Below are positions 34,194-45,393 of a DNA stretch of 64,000 nucleotides, piece by piece. The number at the start of each line of letters is the position of its first letter. Position 1 is the stretch's first letter. Under the pieces are notes generated by a model, which saw nothing but the letters and a program-made list of their open reading frames with translations, was not told the DNA's origin and ran no database searches. Source of the DNA: Fonticula alba ATCC 38817 (lineage: Eukaryota; Protista; Nucleariida); the NCBI GenBank assembly GCA_000388065.2, contig KB932202.1; one strand, given 5' to 3'. The position numbers and the translations under genes are program-made.

Positions 34194-36519
34194 AGTGTGC
34201 CAGTGCGGCGCGCCCGGTGCACGGCGCCCGAGGCCAGGCTCCGAGAGCGCCGGCCGATGGCCGCCCCTTCGGTAGCGCGCCCAGCACCCGGGGCCTGGGG
34301 CCTTTTGGTGAACAAGAGCCGGCCATCGAGCCATGGACGCCAAAGTGCGCGAGACTCCCCCCCCCCCCCACCGCTCCCAGCCCGGCCGGCCTCGGGTCTG
34401 CCTCGGCGGGGGCGGCCTGCCGGAGGCGCCCGGGCAGCTCCGGCCGGCTTGTGTGCGCCTCCTTGCGGCCGACGCCGGCTCCCTGTGTCACACCCACCGG
34501 TCCGGCCAGGGGGTGCTCCTGGATACCTGCGAGACATGCTCATGCCGGCCCGGACGGGGGCCTCCCCTTGAAACGTGCCTGCGCGCCTGGGGCCGTCGAC
34601 GACCAGGCAGCCGGTCCGGGGATGCGACAACTTTGCGCCGAAGGAGGGCCGAGGGAGGCGCCGGGCCGCGGAATCGGCCCGCCCGGACGGGCCCGCCACC
34701 AACCAGCAGCTCGGGACCCGGGCGGGGGGGAGCCCGCTTGCTTTTGCCTCGGGCCCGCATACCCCGCCATCGCCCGGACATGCCATTGCTATGTCCCCCA
34801 ACCGGCGAGAAGGGGCCAGGACAGCATGCTGACATCCGGCCAGAGGCCGGCCTCATTTTCTGGCCCTTCCCCCGGGGCCCGGAGTGTGGAGCCCGACCAC
34901 CGGAGCCAAGCCCGGAAGTGGGTGCCCGCCCCCCCCGCCCCGCCCCCCACCCCGGCAGCCGGCGCGAGGGCGACCCCGCCCGCCAGCGCGGGATTCCCCG
35001 GCCGGCCAGCGCTCGGCCGCCACCCACGCCCCGCAGCAGAGAGCAGCCCTACGCATATCTACGGGTTTGCCAATGGTAGAGGAATGCCTCGCCCCCCCCC
35101 CTCCCCCCGCCCCCGGCGAGGCTCCGCGCGTCTGCACGCGTCTGGGTGTGTCCTCTCTGCCTCTCGCTTGGCGTCCTGTCCAGATGCTGGGGCAATGCCC
35201 GCGCGCGCGCGCGCGCGAGAGGCTCCCTCCTCGCCTGGACGAACCAGGCCCGGCGGCCGCGCCAGCTGCCCCCGGCTGCGTGGCGGCCCCGGGCCCGGCG
35301 GCCGACCGCCCGTGCAGTGGCTCCTCCCAGATCCGCGGGTCGGGGGGAGGGGCCCGGGGGAGCGTGGTCCGGTATTGTTTGCGACCCCCCCTGGAGACGG
35401 GCTCCCACGCCAGGCCGAAGCCAGTGATCCTCCCTCTCTGCGCGTGGCCATGCTCTGCGCATGCACCCAGCAGGAGTCCCCCCCCCCCCCCCCCCCCCCG
35501 ATGCCCCAGCCGTCTCGGCCCGCGGCCCGGCTGGGGGCGCGCTTGCCCCGCCGCCGGGGCCGGGCGGAGATCTCCCAGCCTGCCGGGGGATTCCTTCCTG
35601 TGCCGCGCTCCGAGCGCGCGATCTCCATCCCCCCCCCCCCCCCCCCGCGGGCGCCATCTCGCGTGCCAGGTGCCAGGCAGTCGGCGCTGCGCCGCTGTAA
35701 CCGTGCCCGCGCCCGCGCCGGGGCATTCGCGGTCGTGGTTGCCCAGCGGCCGGGCTTGGCGCGGCCCCACTCCCAGCCAGCACGCGTACCCTCGCCAGGC
35801 GCGGCCCATCCGCACGCGAGGGGCTCCAGGGGCCGGCGAGGGGAAGGCGGCCTCGGGCAAAGACCGGCAGATACGCCCGGCGATGCCGACCGGAGCCGAT
35901 GTCGCTATGGGCCGAGAGATCACCCGGTTGCCTTGCCCTTGTGTGGCCGCGGGGGGAGGGAGGGAGGGAGGGAGGGGGGGGGGAGGCAGGCGCGGCATAC
36001 CATTCGGAGGGAGAGCCGGCTCTGGCAGGTGTCATCCTCGCGCCGCCTATGCGGCTGCTGCCGTGCTCTGGAGCACGCCCGCGGCTACCATCACCACCGA
36101 GCCTCTCACCTCGTCCGCCCACTTGCCCTCCCCCCCCCCTGGTTCCTCTCCGGGCCTGTGGAGCTTCCAGCCCGGAGGCACCGCACTCGCCTAGAAGACA
36201 TGCCGCCCTCCCCGGCATGGCGCTCGACCACGCCTGTACATCACCACCACCAATCTCACCCTCCCCCCCCCCTACTCCCTTCCTTTGCCGCCTTCCTGCC
36301 TTTGCTCCCTGCCCCCCCCCCCCTCCCCCAGTGCCAAGTACCCCTCGCGCACCCCCGCACCGCCCTCCCTCCATCTCCTCCCCGCCGCCCGCCCTCGTCG
36401 GAGCCGCCCCTCTTCCGCCGTGTTGCGAGCCCAGGTGCGCGCCCTCTGCTTCTTGCGAGGCATCTGCTCTCCTCTCAGCCGTTGTCTCACCCGATGGCCT
36501 GTCCGTGCCCTCCACGCGC

Positions 36520-36520
<1 letters not shown>

Positions 36521-36611
<91 letters not shown>

Positions 36612-36621
36612 NNNNNNNNNN

Positions 36622-36654
<33 letters not shown>
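36521..36654. repeat. Poly-C tract (about 91 C + 10 N + 33 C) just upstream of the pseudo-MAPK start
   Basis: Homopolymer interrupted by a 10-N gap, so the true length is unreliable. Confidence 0.7.
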
Positions 36655-36658
<4 letters not shown>

Positions 36659-36674
36659 CGGATAGTCCGCCGCC

Positions 36675-39600
36675 ATGCCCCAGAACGCACACAATAGCCG
36701 GATCTTTTCCCTGCCGGTCCCCAAGCAGGCATCCTTCAGCTCGTCGACCGAGAGCAGCCCCAGCCTGTCGGCGGACTTTGGCGGCTTCTGCAACTTCGGC
36801 GGCTCCAGCAAGGCCAGCGACCCGCCGCAGTTCACCGAGCTCTACACCCTGGACTATGCCCTCGGCCGTTCGCCCAGCGGCCGGGGCGATGTCTTGTGCG
36901 TCGCTCGGTGATCCCACCCACCCACCCACCCATGCGCACCAAAGCCGCCCACCGGGCCAAGCCCACTGACAACCAAATGGCCCCATGCAGCGTCGCCACC
37001 ACCATCGTCGATCGCGCGCCGGTGCACATCCGTCGACTGTCGCTCCTTGAAACCACGCCCAGTGGCCCGGGCCCGGTGTCGGCCAATGGCAAGCATGTTG
37101 CCAACCCGGCCAGCGGACTGGATGGCTCCCATCGCGTCACGGCCCCGGCTCCGGAGGAGGGCGCCGGCCCGTCCCCCGGGTCGCCGCCTACCGCCGGGCG
37201 TGTGGACAACTCCCCGACCGCGAGCATGGCTCGCCAGACCCTGACGAAGTTGACCGCCGGCAAGCTGCGCCCCTCCCGCAGCACGTCCCCCTCGTCTGGC
37301 TCCCGGGCCGCCATGGCCGCCGGCTGTGCCAACATGACCAGCACCTTCATGACGCAGTCCGCCGCCTATGAGCTGGCCATCCTGTCATCCACCAGCCACC
37401 CGAATGTGCGTGCTCCCTACCATTCCGCCCCCCCCCCCCCTCGCCTCACCTCCTCCCCTGCTTGAAGACTGGTCCGGGCCCCTTGCATCGTGCCCGCCTC
37501 TGACTGACTCTCAATTTCCTCCTGCCGCTGGCGGCGCCCCCCTCCCCCCATAGATCGCCGCCCTGCGTGATGTGTTTATTTCGCCCAGTTGCGATCTGTG
37601 CGTGCTTGGCTCCTTCGAATCGGGCAACCATGCTAAGGTCGCCGAGCCTCTCTGTCTCCCTGCCTCTCTCCCTCTCCCTCTCCCTCTCCCTCTCCCCCCC
37701 CCCCCCTCCCCAGCTCGTGCTGCTGATGCATACTCACCACCCGGCTCCCGGCCCCATTCACCTCACCCTCCTGTTCTCTCGGCCCATTGACCACGCGCGC
37801 TTCTCCCGCACAGCTACATTGTCACTGAGCTCTTGGACTCGTCGGCCTCCTCGCTGCTGGAGGCTGCCGCCTCTGGTGAGCTGTCCATGGCGTCGCTAAA
37901 CATCGGGGTTTTCGCCGCCGGTGGCCGTAAGAAGGCTGGCGAGCCGGCTCCCTCCATTCACTCGGTCTATGAGCGCACCGCGCAGGCCTACCTCCGGGGG
38001 GCCATCAGCGCGCTGGCTGTGCGTGCCTGCATCTCCCTGCGCGCTGTCTTCCTTCTTCCCTCGTGCCGCCTCCACACCCTGCCTTGTGCGCCCATTCCCA
38101 CTTTTGCCATGACATCCCAGCTGACCTTTCGCCCCCTGCCCACCTCCCGGCACTGGCCATCTCCATTGCAGCATCTCCACTCGGCCGGGGTCACCCATGG
38201 CTGTCTCACCACCGCCAGCCTGCATATGTGCTCCAAGACCGGTCGCGTCCTCGTGCGTGCCAGGATCTCATCGTGCAGCCCCCTCACCACCCCATGCTCG
38301 CCATTCTGCGCCTGTTCTTCTCATCGCACTATGCCTGACGGGGATCGCCCCGTCGCCCTCTTCACTTTGGCTGACACCTCCGCGCCTGGTCCTGCCCCCC
38401 CCCCCGCCCTTTGCAGCTTACCGACGCCGCATCGCTGCCGGCCACCAGTGGCGACTGCCCTCCTGGGCCGTATGCCGCTCCCGAGGCGGCGCTCTGCATG
38501 GGCGGTGCGCCGTCGAATGTCGCCGGGCAGCGCTTCGATCCCCACTCCTTTGAGAACCGCGCGGCGGCGGATTCCTGGTCGCTGGGTGTTGTGGCTGCGC
38601 AGTTGGCTCGCGGCCAGCACGAGCAGCTGACCGACAATTCGCTCACCTCGCGCGCCATCTCCTGGGCGCGCATCCTCGTGGGCACCTTTGGCCCATGCGA
38701 GGCTGAGTCCCCGGAGAAGGTGGCCGCCCCGCCAGACGCCAAGAACTGGGATGGCGTTCGTCAGGATGTGCGTGTGCTTGCGTTTGTGTTTCTCTCTCTC
38801 TCTCTCTCTCCCTCTCTCCCCCTCTTCCTCCTTCGCCTGGCCCCATGTCCGTCCTTTTGGACATGTGGACGGGCGTTGGTGTACCTCCCGAAGTGCGTGT
38901 CTGCATGCACGGAACTGACCATTGGGCTCTCTTTTTTTTTTCTTGCTTCCCCTCTGTCTCTCGACCTTGCCGTGCGGCTTCCGCTTGCCACGCGCTCTGT
39001 GTAGGTCCGTGATCTGCTTGAGAAGCCGCTGGCTCGCGCGTCGCGCACCCTGCGCGACCGGTACACCCGGTCATCGAGCATTGCCCCGGGTGCGGGTGGA
39101 TCCCTCCTGCCATCGGCCAGTTCCGCCCTGCACAACACCTCCGGCTCGGACTCGGCGTCCTTGCGTTCGGTCGGCTCGGTCAGCTCGGACTCGGCGTCCA
39201 TCGCCCCGAGCATCGCCGGGCTTGGCTCTTCTCTGCGCTGTGAAGAGGCGGCCGACATTGCCGGGCAGCTTCTCCGCCTGGCTCCCTCTCGCCGGATCCT
39301 CCCCTCCTTCCTGCTGACTTCGCCGCCGTCGTCTCTGGTGCGCATGCCATTGGCTCCTGCTCTTCCAATTGCCCCCTGCCCGAGCTCCTCCCTGTGCAAG
39401 TTCCCTCGTGTGATCACCATGGGGGACGATGGGCGGCGCGCATTTTCGCATGGGCGGCCCCCGTGTGCCCGACGACCGTCGACCAGCCAAATCGAACAGC
39501 AACTAACGCGGTATCATGGAACGATGGCCGGACTTTTCCTCCTCTCTCCCCCTCTCTCTCCCTCTCTCTTGCTCCCCCCCGCCCCCGCCGCCCTCCACAG

Positions 39601-39834
39601 CCCACCCCCATCGAGCTGCCCATTTTCCGTCCCACCACCTCCGGCATCCCGCACTCGGCCTCCCTCTCGTCCATCACTTCCAACGCGTCGACGAACTCCA
39701 AGTGCTCCCTCAGCGTGGGCTTCGACCTGCCTGAGGGGACATTCTCGCCGGAAGACCTGGCCGGGTTCGAGGCGATCGCGTGGATTGCCAAGTCGGTGAA
39801 TGAATTCCACCAGTCAAACGGTATTTACTTCTGA
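36675..39834 (+). CDS. p38/Hog1-type MAP-kinase-fold protein lacking catalytic residues (predicted pseudokinase), 627 aa, 8 exons
   Basis: Exons 36675-36895, 36991-37405, 37554-37597, 37814-38018, 38172-38252, 38417-38767, 39005-39337, 39601-39834 (1,884 nt, no internal stops). The spliced product has LGRSPSGRGDVFVAT, PVHIRRL, AAYELAIL, HPNIAALRDVFISPSCDLYIVTELLD, HLHSAGVTHGCL, LLTDAA, YAAPE, DSWSLGV, LLRLAPSRRI and AWIAKSVNEFHQ. These are collinear with Hog1 ([36 protein letters not shown]). ATG context is gccgccATG. Confidence 0.85.
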
Positions 39835-40139
39835 GCAGTCGGAGGCACGGCATCCACGACCACAGCAGCCGCATGTTCCTCTCTCTCTCTCTCTCTCTCC
39901 CTCTCGTCTGCCGCTCTGCGCTTCCGTTTTCCCATGCAGACGGGCCACCGGCCCGTCGAGCCTCTCCCTCTCTCGCTCGGAGTGCTGCTTTTTCCGCCCG
40001 CTGCCTGGCCGACTTGCCGGGCGACAAAGGGAGCGCTGGGGATGTCTTTGTTTCTGGTTGCTTTCAGTTTCTGCTTCCCGTCCGATGTACACCTCCTCGT
40101 CTCCCCAATTTTCGCCTGTTGGAGGATCGCCCCCCTCCC

Positions 40140-40178
<39 letters not shown>

Positions 40179-41589
40179 CATCCCCCATCGAAATGGGCGC
40201 AGCATCTCTCCCCCTCGCTCGCTCTCTCCCTCGCTCGGTGTCCTTTATGTGCGCGCCATGCGCACTTGGTATTCAAGGCATCGCGGGAGCACGCGCCCTC
40301 CCCGCCCCCCCCCCCTTCCCCCCCTCCCTCCCCCTTCTTCCGCTCCATCAACAGGTTTTTGCTTCCTCTGCTCGCCCGCGCACCGCCCGGCCGCAGCAGC
40401 GGGCCACATTTTGATCCACTTCCTCCCCAGGAGCGCGACTGTCACCGCAGGGTGACGGCCAATGCCTCGTCCGGAGGGCCCCGCCATGTGTGCATATGCA
40501 TGTGGGTGCGGGCGTGGGTGCACATATGTTCCCCCCCCCTCCCCCCACATCCCCGATGCATTCTCTGCCGGCTGCCTCGCCCTCCTCCTCTCTCCGCCTT
40601 TCCTTCGCCCCCCCCCCTCCCTCCCTACCCCCCAACCCCTCCTCTTCTTCACAGAAAGAGCGCGCACGCAGGCTGCATAAATGTGCTCTTCCTCCTCATT
40701 TTCGTGCCCATCTCTCGGCGTAGTCCTCGTCGAACCTCCGGCAAATAATAAAAACCCTAGACATCACAGTGTGCTGCGATCTTCGCCGCCATGTAGGCGC
40801 GATGCCGGCGACCGAGGCCCAGCGGTGTGCGTGTGCGTACCACCCCTCCAAGCTCACATCCCTCGAAGAAGGGGCGGGGGGAGCAAAGCACAAAGCAGCA
40901 CAGGGCCGCCCAGGTCGTGAGGAAAAAAAGGCCCCAGCAACGATCCAGGACGCGCTCGGCGGGTGGCGCTCCCGGCATGCAGGGGCGCGAGGCGAGGCGA
41001 GTCAAGAGAAAGGCAGACAAGCTAAGAAGAGGATAATGTATTGACATCTGACGGTGCCAGATCCCGATGCGCGTATGGGGGCATTTGACATGGGTCCATG
41101 TAAAAATACAAACATGGACACAGGCGGTGCCCGCATGTGTGGCGTCCATGAATGTGGCAAGAAGACATCTGTGTATGGGGAGCGATGCTCGAGGCAGGGC
41201 CGGTAGCCAGCTCGCGCATCGCCGGAATGTGGCTTCACCCTGCGCCGAGGCCCCGCGCACGCCCCCTCTCTGACAGCCGCACATTCGGGTGTACCCCCCC
41301 TCCCCCCCCCCACCTCCCGCTTCCCCCGCAGGGGGCGCGCAGGGGAGGCGCCGAGGGGCAGAGGAGGGAAGACAAAGAGCATGCTCGCGGGGCAGGGAAG
41401 GAACTGTTTCCCTGCAAGGCATGAGGCCTGGGCGGGGGGAAGGGTGGGAGAAAGGGGGGCAGGGGAAAATTGCAAGGAAAGGCAAAAAGGAGAGCATCTG
41501 CATGGGCGAAGGAGGGCGGCGAGGGGCCGAGCGAGGGGAGAGTGTGGGTATCTCTCTCCCGCGGAGCCGGCGGCGGATGGAGAGAGGTG

Positions 41590-41860
41590 TCAAGTTCGCC
41601 GCAGGGACCCATATGAGGGGCCACCCCCGGGGACCGGTGGAGGGGGCTCCGCCGTCGCGGTGTCGGACGGCGGGGCGGCAGCACCACCATAGGGGCCGCC
41701 CACAAAGTCCGCCGAAGCCGTCAAGTGCAGGGGGACTGCCTACTGTCGCCGTAGGTGGACAACAAGGGGAGGAGAGCAGCAAGTCAAGTTAGCGACGGGG
41801 GCGGGAAGTTAAAAGAGGACTCGGCCTCGAGGGGGGGGGGGTGCCTCTGCACCAGCCTGA

Positions 41861-41898
<38 letters not shown>

Positions 41899-44800
41899 GG
41901 GGGGGAAAACGGGGCGAGACACACGGTACTTACCTGAGAATGATCCAGCCAGGGCCCGCCACCGCGCCCGGCGTCCTCAGCCTGGGGGAAGCTATCGAGC
42001 GAGAGCACGCGCGACCCGCCATGCTGGTATGGTGCCGACTGATGGTGGTGGTGGTGGTGGTGGTGCTGCTGCTGCTGCTGCTGTTGCAGGGGGTACTGCT
42101 GGTATGGCGAGTAGTACTGAGTCTGCTGCTGCTGCTGCTGCGACATCTGGTACGACGACGCCGACTGGTGGGAATGGTAGGCCGCCGCCTGGGGGTGCGG
42201 CAGCGATTGCGAATGGTACGACTCGATCTTCGGGCCGGCCATGCCCCCACCATGCATCATGGCATAGGGCAGGGACACGCGCGGGATGATTTCCGATTCG
42301 TCGACCAGGCGCGTGAACCCCTCGTCAGCCAGAAGGCTGCCCGAGGGGAGGGTCCAACCAACAGCTGGCGCCTCGGCCGCAAGCACATGGCTGCCGGCCA
42401 TGTCAGGCCCGCCGCGAGTGCCGGAGTGCTGTGGTTGTTGCGGTTGCTGCTGCTGTTGCTGCTGCTGCTGCAGCGGCTGCGAAGAGTGGAAGGACCCGGG
42501 GGGAGCGCCGGCGGTGGCGGCCGCGGCCGCCCAAGCAGGCCCGGGAGACTCGGCACGCGAGTCGGTGGCCGCGTGCGGGAGGCTGCCGGCTGCCGGGCCG
42601 GCGCCAGCCCCATTGGCAATGGCGAAGTTGGCCACCGCCAGGGCGCTATTGGCCGACATGTGGAGATTGTCCACCGACCGACTGCCGGGGGAATTGGGCA
42701 TGGACTTGGAGGAGAGGGTGGTCAGGGAGGAAGAGGAGAAGGACGTCGGCAGGTGGCCGATGGAGCCGGAGAGAATGTGTGGCCGGAAGCCGGACATCGG
42801 GCCAGGGCCCGGGCCGACCGGGGTCGACACGCTGGTGGACGACAGCAGGATGGACTGGCCGACACCGTCGGCCGCGCCGACCGGGGTCGAGATTGCCTCC
42901 ACGTCGTTGCTTCCGCCACGCGGGCGCTTCAGCGATTGGGGGGGAATGGTCACGGACGCCGACCCCGGGGCGGCCGCCGGGAGCACATCACCGGAGTAGG
43001 GGCCGCCTGGCGAGGGCGAGGGAGCGGCAGTGCTGGCCCCGGTGGCTCCGCCGGAAACGGCTCCTGACTGCCGGTGCGGGCCGAGAGCCGACCCGGCGGC
43101 CGGGATGTGCCCGCCAGTGCGAATGCCTGTACCAGCAGCACCGCCGCCGGGCGGGACGATGGCCAGGTCGCGCGGCGCCAGGCGCGAGTCCGAGAATGAC
43201 CGGACCATGCCGGCACCATCATACTCGAATCCCGCCAGGGACACGGGGGTGCCACTGCCGCCGTTGGTAGTGGTGGTGGTGGTGGTGGTGCTGCTGCTGC
43301 CGCCGGCAGCTGTCGAGGAAGCCGGCGGCGGGCTGGTCACCACATGGGGGAAGTGCAGCGGGCCACAGCTCCGCCGGAGTTTGTTCGGCTGTGGCGACAA
43401 AGGCGCCGCGCCGGCAGCATTGCCACCTGCCATGGGCCCGGGGCTGGGCGGCGACAGGGCCGACAAGGAGGCCTTGCCAACCAGGTGCCCGGCCGAGGCC
43501 GAGTGTGTCATGCCCTGATGCCCGTGCGGGCCGCCGCCGCCGCCGCCACCGCCGGGCCCGCCAACGCCCGCCTCGACCGTTAGGTGGGACAGGTGCGGGG
43601 GGTGCTGCTGTTGCTGCTGCTGCGAGTGGTGCACCAGGGGCTGGAGATGCGGGTGGAGATGCGGGTGATGATGAAGAGCGCGCGTCGCGGCGACCGCATT
43701 GTCGCCAGCTCGCCAGGGGGCCTCGCCGGGACCGCCCCCGGGGCCGGCCGCATGGGGAGACTGCTCCTGCACCGGGGTATTGGTGCCGGAAATGGGCGTC
43801 ACCTGGGCCATACTGCCGGCGGGGTTGGTGCCTCCGGCGCTGGTCGCCCCGCCCCCCGGCGAGGTGGGCAGGACCACCACCTTCGGATAGAGGGCCGCCG
43901 CCACCGAGGACGGATGTGGCAGGTTGGGCGAGCTCATGGACGAGATCATGCCCCGGCCAGAGCCGCTGCTTGGCGGGCCAGCCGCGACATTGGTCGCCGA
44001 CTCGGCGCCCGGATCCGGGTGGTGTTGAGACAGGTACTCGATGGAGCCGGTGTCCGGAACCGGGCCCGGCCCGAGGGCCGAGGCGCCACCGGCATCCGGC
44101 ACCTCGGCCACGGCCCGGGCTCCGAAGAGGTCTGTGCGTCGGGCGGGACCGAGGAGCCCCGCTCCCAGGCCGGCATCCAGGTCCTGACCATGGTACGAGG
44201 CTGCCGAGCGCAGGGTAACCTCCGGCCCGGCAGTCGACGAGTTGGCCGGCTGCGCAGCATCAGGCTGCAACGGGCTGATGACCATCTGCGCATGGTGGTT
44301 GCTGCCACCGGCATGCTGCTGCTGCTGCTGCTGCGAATGGAGTGGCGTGTGCAGGTGCGGATGCGAGTGGGGATGGTTCGCGTGCGGATGCGGCTGGTAC
44401 TGTGGGGCATATTGTGCCTGCGAGGAATACTGCTGCGACTGCGGCTGCTGCTGCTGCGAGGAGAACGGCGACTGCTGGCTGGCATACTGCGAGAAGCCGC
44501 CGGGAACCGCCGCCATGGCCCCGGGGGGCGGGGAAAAGTGCGGCAGGCTGAAGTCCCCATGCAGGGGCACGGATTTCACGGCCCCCGGAGGCAGCACATT
44601 GGCCGGGCTGCCGCGCAGGTCGCCGGTGCTCCCGAGAAGACCTCCAGGCAAGCCGGCCGTCGGGGAGGCCGAGTCGAAGGTGCCGCTGGTCGAGGGCGGC
44701 ATGCCGCCGCCACTGGCCAGGGAATCAGGGCGCCCGTGGGCCGGATGGAGGTGATGGTGCTGCGACGGGGGGTGATGGCCCTGATGCTGGTACTGGTATG

Positions 44801-45361
44801 GGTGATGCTGGCCGGCTCCCAATGGCAGGGACCCGGCACTGGCGGAGTGCCGCATGAGCGGCCGCCGGCCGGTGGCCTTAGCCGCCAATATGGCCCCCGG
44901 CTGGAAGTCATACTTCCCGGGGCCCATTCCGACCGGGCTGGGGGCGGCCCCGGCCGGGGTGGTCCCCATGCCATACTCGCTGCCGGCCCCGGTGGCCATG
45001 GATGGCAGGTCCCCGGCCGAGGGGGTGATGGCACGGCGAAGGCCAAAGCCCGTCGGGCCGCCGACCGGCGATGCGGCCATTGCCCGGCCGACGGCCGGCG
45101 GCGCATGATGCTCGTATGGACCGCCGGCCGTCCGGGCGGCCCCGGGCCCGGCGGCCGAGAAGCCCACCGTCGGCGAATGGCTGATAGTCAGTCGCGAGGG
45201 GTCCGACACCCCGAGCGGGCCAATCTCCAGGATGGGCGTGAAGGACATCTTCCCGGGGGGCCCGGCCGCCAGGGAGGCGGTGCCCTGCATGTAGTGCATG
45301 CCGGAGGGGGGATTTTGCGACTGGTGCGACGGATGGGCCTGGTGCGGGTGGCCGAAGGCCT

Positions 45362-45393
<32 letters not shown>

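Noticed and set aside
33494-36697. 1,067-aa plus-strand ORF, and overlapping long ORFs such as 31230-33635 (-) and 35049-36986 (-)
   Set aside because: Arg/Pro/Gly/Ala-rich translations through microsatellites, poly-C and N-gaps, with no domain motifs. They reflect stop-codon scarcity at high GC.
37609-37625. TTCGAAT loop resembling a tRNA T-arm
   Set aside because: No G53-C61 closing pair and no D-arm, anticodon arm or acceptor stem; it lies in an intron.
41927-41937. ACTTACCTG resembling the U1 snRNA 5' end
   Set aside because: It is the reverse complement of the zinc-finger gene's CAG|GTAAGT donor, and no U1 structure follows.
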